A stretch of 33,086 bases of DNA from Patescibacteria group bacterium (GTDB lineage: Bacteria; Patescibacteriota; Minisyncoccia; Phycocordibacterales; UBA5272): NCBI GenBank assembly GCA_030916975.1, contig JAUPVO010000007.1, positions 1 through 33,086 on the forward strand, in the 5' to 3' direction. The notes under the pieces were generated by a model, which was not told the origin of the DNA, searched no databases, and worked only from the letters and a program-made list of their open reading frames with translations. This document shows, in pieces, positions 28,284-33,086 of this stretch; position 1 is the stretch's first letter; the number at the start of each line of letters is the position of its first letter. The translations under genes and the position numbers were made by a program.

Positions 28284-28421
28284 AGATAGTTCTTTTTTTA
28301 AAGTGTTTTGTCCCCCAGAGGAGAGAAAACACTTAAGGTACGGAAAAGTTCCCGTGACGGGCTAGAGCTTCGTCACGGCGGACAACACCCCTTAATCTTA
28401 AATAAGATTAAGGGGTTTTTA
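28284..28421 (+). ncRNA. Candidate small RNA unit 3 (about 135 nt)
   Basis: Helix AAGTGTTTT...AAAACACTT with the loop GTCCCCCAGAGGAGAG. Then an 8+3-bp hairpin CCGTGACG-GGC-UAGA-GCU-CGTCACGG (28352-28378), followed by CGGACAACACCCC leading into the terminator. Confidence 0.55.
28388..28420 (+). terminator. Terminator of sRNA unit 3
   Basis: 12-bp stem CCCCTTAATCTT-aaat-AAGATTAAGGGG followed by TTTTT. Confidence 0.8.
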
Positions 28422-28438
28422 TTATCTTAAAATTGCTC

Positions 28439-28467
28439 TTGACAAAACAGTTTCTATGGTATATACT
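28439..28467 (+). promoter_or_regulatory. Promoter of sRNA unit 4
   Basis: TTGACA (28439-28444), 17-nt spacer, TATACT (28462-28467). Confidence 0.65.
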
Positions 28468-28473
28468 CTGTAG

Positions 28474-28818
28474 CAGGTTGCTAGGGTGTGTAAGATCCCC
28501 ACGATCAAACACATTCGTTGTTGGTTCTTAGAAAGAGCTAACAAATGCACTGTTCTTTAGTGGGAAATGGAGAGTTTCTGGCCTTAAAGCTCCAGAGAGT
28601 GCTAAGGCAAAAAGTTTTTGTGTTATAATCTGTTCTCGTTTCTCTTAGATTTCTGAGGTTTGCATAGTTGAAGTACCGCGACAAAGACCGCAAGGTCCAA
28701 GTCGCACAAAAAGTTCTTTTGGAAGTCAGTAGGTAGAGTAAGTAAGGAAAACCGGCGCGGTGAGGCTAGAGCCGAGCCACGACGGACACAACACCCAATT
28801 TTAAATTGGGTGTTTTTA
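28474..28818 (+). ncRNA. Candidate small RNA unit 4 (about 345 nt, possibly two units 4a/4b)
   Basis: No ORF. An internal weak terminator-like hairpin (28581-28608 plus AAAAAGTTTTT) is followed directly by an extended -10, TGTTATAAT (28621-28629). The 3' end carries the GGC-UAGA-GCC hairpin (28764-28773) and CACGACGGACACAACACCC, as in unit 3. Confidence 0.5.
28791..28817 (+). terminator. Terminator of sRNA unit 4
   Basis: ACACCCAATT-tta-AATTGGGTGT followed by TTTT. It ends 4 nt before the AAA+ gene stop codon (28821-28823). Confidence 0.75.
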
Positions 28819-28820
28819 TT

Positions 28821-30275
28821 TTAGACTATCTCCCAGGTAAAATCTGAAGTAGTGAGTAAACCTTGTTCAAGAGATTGTTTAAATCCGTCATCAGGAAGAG
28901 TTGTTTTTAAGTGGAGATGTTTACCTTCTGCTTTTATAGCTTCAAGTTCTGTATTGCTAAGTGGGATTGTTGGCAACTCAACAGTATCAAGAGTAAATGA
29001 TGAGATACCTAAACGTGTAGTTGTGTCAGATATAAACTCACGTGGACCACGCACATTACTTCCTAAAATCTTAAGAGCTTCCCTTAACTTATTACCAAAT
29101 TCCTTTTTATTCTTTGGTCCAGTTGGCTGAATTGTATCTGGGGTGGCCCCAAAAGATCCTAAGCCTTGTCTGCTTGGATTATCTACGGGCTTATAATCAA
29201 CTTTTATTATCATTTCCTCAAGCAATGCCTTGTCTCGTGGATCAAGAACTTTTCCAGCATAAAAATAGCGGAGTGCTTCACGAGTAACTTCAGCAATATC
29301 TCCTGTGTAGAACTTTGATATATAGGCGAAAATCCTTCTTGGTTCTTCTCGGTCATCAAAAGAAAACTTCTGACGTTGGTTATTAGCTATTTTCTTTTCC
29401 TCTATCATCTTTTGAGCTGCTTCGTGGAACGCAATATACTGGGTAACTATTTCTTGCATTCCAGGTATTTCACCAAGTCTTTCCTGTGGAAAGGATACAT
29501 CGTTTGAACGAGTAATTTTTTCTTTTGTAGTATCAACAGCAGTTTCATTTCCTCCAAGACCCGAAAGCGCTAGCACCCCAGCCTTGAAAGTACTCTGCGG
29601 AACTTTATCTGCTAACTTGTGATATGACCAACGGCGTATCTGTGCAGGATCAAGTGGCTCTCTATCTGCAAAACCTCCACCTGCGGGGTTAGTAAGTGCT
29701 ATGATTTTAAGTGCTTCAGATTTTACCTCCAAGACTTCATTACCATCTTCGGTAAGAGTTACTGTACCACTTCGCTTGTAAGCATCAAGAACTTCGTGAA
29801 GTCTAATAATGACCCCAGGGTGTGCTGAGTTATATTCATCCAAAATAAGGACCTTAATTTTACCTTCTTCAAAGCGGAGAGCTTTAGTAACAGAACCGTC
29901 AGCAAAAATATACTTAGGGTCGCTTTCATCTCTTTGGTTTGGGTTTGGGGTATATTTACCCATTAGGTCTGCTGGGTCAGTATGATTGTTAAGGTTTTGA
30001 TAATGAACCTCGTAACCAAGTTCGGCACACATCTTCTTTACTGCTGTTGTTTTACCAAGTGATGTACCTCCTTCAATAAGGACAGGTTCAGACAGAGCCC
30101 ACGATGTTGCTATTGTTCTTTCTACGTCTCTTGAAAAAGAGTCCTCTACATAATCTTTGAAGGTTTCAACTTTTGGGGCGGTTTCTCTACGCTCTGCAAG
30201 AGGCAACTTAACACCCATATACTCTTTATACTTAGCGTCATCAGCTTTTTCAATGTGTGATAGTTTTTCTTGCAT
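28821..30275 (-). CDS. MoxR/CobS-type (AAA_5-like) AAA+ ATPase
   Basis: Walker A LIEGGTSLGKTT, Walker B VLILDEYN, sensor ALTNP. 484 aa with a C-terminal extension of unknown fold. Confidence 0.85.
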   Translation of the reverse strand: MQEKLSHIEKADDAKYKEYMGVKLPLAERRETAPKVETFKDYVEDSFSRDVERTIATSWALSEPVLIEGGTSLGKTTAVKKMCAELGYEVHYQNLNNHTDPADLMGKYTPNPNQRDESDPKYIFADGSVTKALRFEEGKIKVLILDEYNSAHPGVIIRLHEVLDAYKRSGTVTLTEDGNEVLEVKSEALKIIALTNPAGGGFADREPLDPAQIRRWSYHKLADKVPQSTFKAGVLALSGLGGNETAVDTTKEKITRSNDVSFPQERLGEIPGMQEIVTQYIAFHEAAQKMIEEKKIANNQRQKFSFDDREEPRRIFAYISKFYTGDIAEVTREALRYFYAGKVLDPRDKALLEEMIIKVDYKPVDNPSRQGLGSFGATPDTIQPTGPKNKKEFGNKLREALKILGSNVRGPREFISDTTTRLGISSFTLDTVELPTIPLSNTELEAIKAEGKHLHLKTTLPDDGFKQSLEQGLLTTSDFTWEIV

Positions 30276-30279
30276 AGTG

Positions 30280-30663
30280 TTATTCAGATTGGATTGTTAT
30301 TCCACCTAAAGACAGCCAGTTTCTTCCTTTTGTTTCCTCAGATTGAATAAAATCTTGAGATAGTATCATTATAAAATTAAGGTTTTCATATTTAGGAGAA
30401 ATGAAGGTTTCATTTATTTGAACTGACCCTGAAGAAAAACCCGTCACGAAATCAAACACTGAAACAGGGTCACTTATTTTTTTAGAAGAGATATAAAAAT
30501 TACCTCCTAGCCAAAACTCTTGTGCAAGTTCTTGGATATTTGCGTTTGTTTTGAACTTTTTTGAAAGAAGATGTTCTTCAACTTTTAAGGTGTGAGCTTC
30601 GTCTAATGTGATGATTATTCCTGGCTCGTGAGCACACTTGTTTTTAGTTAGAAAGTCTTCCAT
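30280..30663 (-). CDS. Hypothetical 127-aa protein, translationally coupled upstream of the AAA+ gene
   Basis: The stop at 30280 is 4 nt from the AAA+ ATG (30275). No motif recognised. Confidence 0.65.
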   Translation of the reverse strand: MEDFLTKNKCAHEPGIIITLDEAHTLKVEEHLLSKKFKTNANIQELAQEFWLGGNFYISSKKISDPVSVFDFVTGFSSGSVQINETFISPKYENLNFIMILSQDFIQSEETKGRNWLSLGGITIQSE

Positions 30664-30687
30664 AAATAGAGTTTTGTTTATCTGTAA

Positions 30688-30696
30688 ATTATATCA
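30688..30696 (-). promoter_or_regulatory. Extended -10 (TGATATAAT) for the 127-aa/AAA+ operon
   Basis: The minus strand reads TGATATAAT, about 25 nt upstream of the ATG at 30663. Confidence 0.4.
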
Positions 30697-30724
30697 GAAA
30701 ATCTAAAAAATAAAGAGTAAAAAG

Positions 30725-30733
30725 TGATATAAT
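30725..30733 (+). promoter_or_regulatory. Extended -10 (TGATATAAT) for the divergent 212-aa gene
   Basis: The plus strand reads TGATATAAT at 30725-30733. The nonamer is identical to the one on the opposite strand 29 nt away. Confidence 0.4.
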
Positions 30734-30773
30734 ATACACAACGTTCACGATATTCACTCGTGTACCAATGTAA

Positions 30774-31412
30774 ATGGGAATACATATGAAGCCTCCAAAA
30801 GAAGAGTTCGTCACGTCAAATATTGAAATTACTCCTGATTTATTAGATGAGATAAAACATTTTTTTCCTATATTCCCAGAAAATAGTTTTAAGTACGGTA
30901 TCCTACAGCTTAAAGTAAAAGAGATAGATGAGAGTACTAAGGAAATTATTTTAGAGAGCAAGAAAAAGCCTGTTTCAAGAATTATAAAAATAAATGACCA
31001 GTATTCTGACGAGGAGGTTATTTTTTATACTTATGTACTTCTTCACGCAGAATATGACTGGTACTCTAATAAAAAGGATAGTAACTTAACCAGTTTTTGC
31101 TTGAGCTTCTTTGCAAAAGCTGAAAAGTTTACTCTGCATAAAGTACGAGATGTGTTTGTGAACTCAAGAGTATTTGAAATGTTTCTTTTTTGTTCTATAA
31201 AAAACAAAGTTGATTACGATTTACCACCTTATGAGGAGTTGTGGAGAGTATTCTTAGAGAAAGAAAACTTACTACCAAGTTCTTATACTTTATTGTTTAA
31301 TAATGAAAAAAATACAGTAAGAAAATTCAGAATAAGTGAGAAAGCTTTTGAGTGCTTTGAAAACCGTTTCGTTGCTGTTTGCGACCATTACAGGAATCGA
31401 ATATTTATTTAA
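30774..31412 (+). CDS. Hypothetical protein (212 aa)
   Basis: ORF track. Alternative ATG at 30786. No motif recognised. Confidence 0.65.
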   Translation: MGIHMKPPKEEFVTSNIEITPDLLDEIKHFFPIFPENSFKYGILQLKVKEIDESTKEIILESKKKPVSRIIKINDQYSDEEVIFYTYVLLHAEYDWYSNKKDSNLTSFCLSFFAKAEKFTLHKVRDVFVNSRVFEMFLFCSIKNKVDYDLPPYEELWRVFLEKENLLPSSYTLLFNNEKNTVRKFRISEKAFECFENRFVAVCDHYRNRIFI

Positions 31413-31550
31413 TTTGCATCTCGCATCCCTCAGTAGCTCCTTAGAAACTTCACTTCCCCGAGAAGAAACGAAACCTCTCTCAGCTGTGAAAAAACGAATA
31501 CAAAGATCTAGTACCTCTTTACGGAGGCGTTTATTATCACGAGTAATCAT
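31290..31550 (-). CDS. Small basic hypothetical protein (86 aa) convergently overlapping the 212-aa gene end
   Basis: Strong SD (GGAGG, 6 nt, ATG at 31550) and its own promoter. The last 123 nt overlap the 3' end of the 212-aa ORF. Confidence 0.5.
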   Translation of the reverse strand: MITRDNKRLRKEVLDLCIRFFTAERGFVSSRGSEVSKELLRDARCKLNKYSIPVMVANSNETVFKALKSFLTYSEFSYCIFFIIKQ

Positions 31551-31578
31551 GATGAACCTCCAAAAAATTAGTTAGTCT

Positions 31579-31606
31579 ATTATAGTACAAAAGCTAACAA
31601 CCTCAA
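31579..31606 (-). promoter_or_regulatory. Promoter of the 86-aa gene
   Basis: Minus strand: TTGAGG (31606-31601), 16-nt spacer, TATAAT (31584-31579). Confidence 0.45.
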
Positions 31607-31610
31607 AATC

Positions 31611-32423
31611 TTATTTTAATTTAGCCAGAACTCCTCCTAAAATTCTTTTTTCTCTCGTATATACCTTTATTATATTTTCAATATTAGTTAATTTTATAAA
31701 TTCATCACACTGAGCGATCATCATTTGTATAAAAATTTTTGCTGTAGCATCTTGTTTGAGGCGATTATAATCTCCATTAATCCAAAGCCTGCATAACTTA
31801 AAAAGTTTTTCTCTGTCTACTCCGATAACAAGATGTGGTATACTTCTTAACTCTCCAACAAATCTTTCATCTTCTGATTTAAAATATTTAACCTTTCCAA
31901 GCGACCCCCCCCTAATACGTGACATAGTATCTTCTAATTTTTTCATAAACGCAACTTCTCCCAGAGTCAAATCTATTCCAACTCCAGAATACTCAGTAGC
32001 TTCACCTGTTTTATGAGAAACTATAATATCATTACCCGAAAATAAATCATCATACACTGAGGGCAATATGGCTCCGACATTTTCACCAAGCCAAGAATGA
32101 TTATGTATCATATCATATACCAAAGCCTCTAAGATATCTGCTTGTACCGTAGCCTCAAAAACACCCTCATCTTGCTTCATAGAGTTGATAAATTCTATTT
32201 TTTGTAAAACTTTTTCCCGATCTTTATGCAAATCAAAATTAGTAAACTGATTATCCATCGTTATCCTTTTCCCTTGTGTAATTCCTTGAGCTTTTTGATA
32301 AGCCTCCTGATAAACTGGGTGCATATCTTTTAACAAAAATGGGTTAATCTTGTGTATTTGATTAAAATCCAATTCTTCAGAAGCAACTTTTCTCTGACGA
32401 GGCTTTTCATTAATATTTTCCAT
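31611..32423 (-). CDS. Hypothetical protein (270 aa)
   Basis: ORF track. Lies 19 nt downstream of the YgjP-like gene on the same strand. Confidence 0.7.
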   Translation of the reverse strand: MENINEKPRQRKVASEELDFNQIHKINPFLLKDMHPVYQEAYQKAQGITQGKRITMDNQFTNFDLHKDREKVLQKIEFINSMKQDEGVFEATVQADILEALVYDMIHNHSWLGENVGAILPSVYDDLFSGNDIIVSHKTGEATEYSGVGIDLTLGEVAFMKKLEDTMSRIRGGSLGKVKYFKSEDERFVGELRSIPHLVIGVDREKLFKLCRLWINGDYNRLKQDATAKIFIQMMIAQCDEFIKLTNIENIIKVYTREKRILGGVLAKLK

Positions 32424-32442
32424 AAAAATATTATATCACAAT

Positions 32443-32862
32443 TTAAAATCTTATAGACTTCAGTGTTGATCTTAGGATTTGGAAATCTGGGAAGGCGATA
32501 GAGACCAGCTTCCAAAAGTCTACTCCATGATTCATTTGCAAAAGGTGACAAAGCTCATGCACGATAATATAATCAAAAAGTTCATTGGGTAAATTTTTCA
32601 TTTTAAAGTTAAAATTCAAGTTTCTCTTATTAGAACAGCTACCCCATCTTGTACTCTGATTCCTAATACTAACTCTATTCCACTCCAGACTAATACCATG
32701 TTCATAATAAAGACTTTTGTAGAATTCTAATCTGTCATTAATTTTTTGACGTAAAAATTCAACTTCATCTTTACTAAAATCAGATACTTTTTTACTTTTT
32801 TTAGTTGAGACTTTTTTAAAAATTCTTTTATTGGTATCTTTTTTAAAAAATATTTTAAACAT
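32443..32862 (-). CDS. YgjP-like (DUF45 / M48-related) zinc metallohydrolase
   Basis: The motifs RWGSCS and the HExxH in IIVHELCHLLQMNH are characteristic of the YgjP/DUF45 family. Confidence 0.8.
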   Translation of the reverse strand: MFKIFFKKDTNKRIFKKVSTKKSKKVSDFSKDEVEFLRQKINDRLEFYKSLYYEHGISLEWNRVSIRNQSTRWGSCSNKRNLNFNFKMKNLPNELFDYIIVHELCHLLQMNHGVDFWKLVSIAFPDFQILRSTLKSIRF

Positions 32863-32947
32863 TATGTATTATATTTTATAACAAATACTCACAAAAGTAT
32901 CCTTTATTTTTAACAATATTTATGTTATTATATCAAAATCCAAACAA

Positions 32948-33019
32948 GACCCCGTAGTTCAATGGATAGAACGAGAGCCTTCTAAGCTCTAGATCTAGGT
33001 TCGATTCCTAGCGGGGTCA
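32948..33019 (+). tRNA. tRNA-Arg (anticodon UCU), no encoded CCA
   Basis: Hand-folded cloverleaf. Acceptor GACCCCG/CGGGGTC, D arm GTTC-AATGGATA-GAAC, anticodon arm AGAGC-CTTCTAA-GCTCT, T arm CTAGG-TTCGATT-CCTAG. Confidence 0.85.
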
Positions 33020-33086
33020 CAATAGAGAGAGCTAGTTCGAGCACTCGACAAGGGTCGAAACTAGCAAACAAAAGCAAGTCAGAAAT

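Noticed and set aside
28826-28835. 10-nt match (CTATCTCCCA) to the 3' end of tRNA-Val, considered as a possible attR
   Set aside because: It is too short to distinguish from chance in 33 kb. It lies inside the AAA+ coding sequence and no integrase is present.
30689-30961. 90-aa minus-strand ORF (MLSKIISLVLSS...)
   Set aside because: It overlaps the divergent promoter region and the 5' end of the 212-aa gene. Its translation is a hydrophobic low-complexity artefact of AT-rich antisense sequence.
33020-33086. Hairpin-rich sequence after tRNA-Arg (GCTAGTT...TCGAG-ca-CTCGA...AACTAGC), considered as another tRNA or an att site
   Set aside because: It does not fold into a cloverleaf, and it is truncated by the window edge, so it cannot be interpreted.

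Overview
AT-rich bacterial window, about 20-35% G+C in the 60-nt lines I hand-counted. It is densely coded, mostly on the minus strand, and has two parts. Part A (1-21.5 kb) looks like native chromosome of a reduced, possibly Patescibacteria/CPR-like organism; that taxon call is inference only. It carries a Gram-positive-type T4SS-like cluster (VirB4-like, PrgI/VirB3-like, TrbL/VirB6-like) with several orphan secreted or membrane proteins. It also encodes a UvrD/PcrA helicase, a 994-aa orphan protein, a LysM-M23 peptidase, ComM/YifB, exonuclease III, RecO, a PG-binding N/Y-rich surface protein and an RluA-family pseudouridine synthase. Part B (about 21.6-32.9 kb) is bracketed by tRNA-Val(UAC) and tRNA-Arg(UCU) and is a compositionally mosaic accessory island with no integrase. 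It contains a sharply delimited high-GC pyrF-pyrE cassette and two inverted 144-aa paralogs with matching promoters and terminators. It also contains a MoxR/CobS-type AAA+ ATPase and a vWA/HExxH protein. The most unusual element is a 1.1-kb ORF-free gap between the AAA+ and vWA genes. That gap holds four tandem promoter-to-terminator small-RNA units on the opposite strand, three of which share a GGC-UAGW-GCY hairpin. Two further minus-strand structured sRNA candidates lie nearby. Other oddities are a helicase whose conserved N-terminus has no start codon and directly follows, in frame, the stop of the upstream 994-aa ORF, and a perfect 44-bp palindrome inside the T4SS cluster. All calls come from reading the sequence by eye; no database searches were run.
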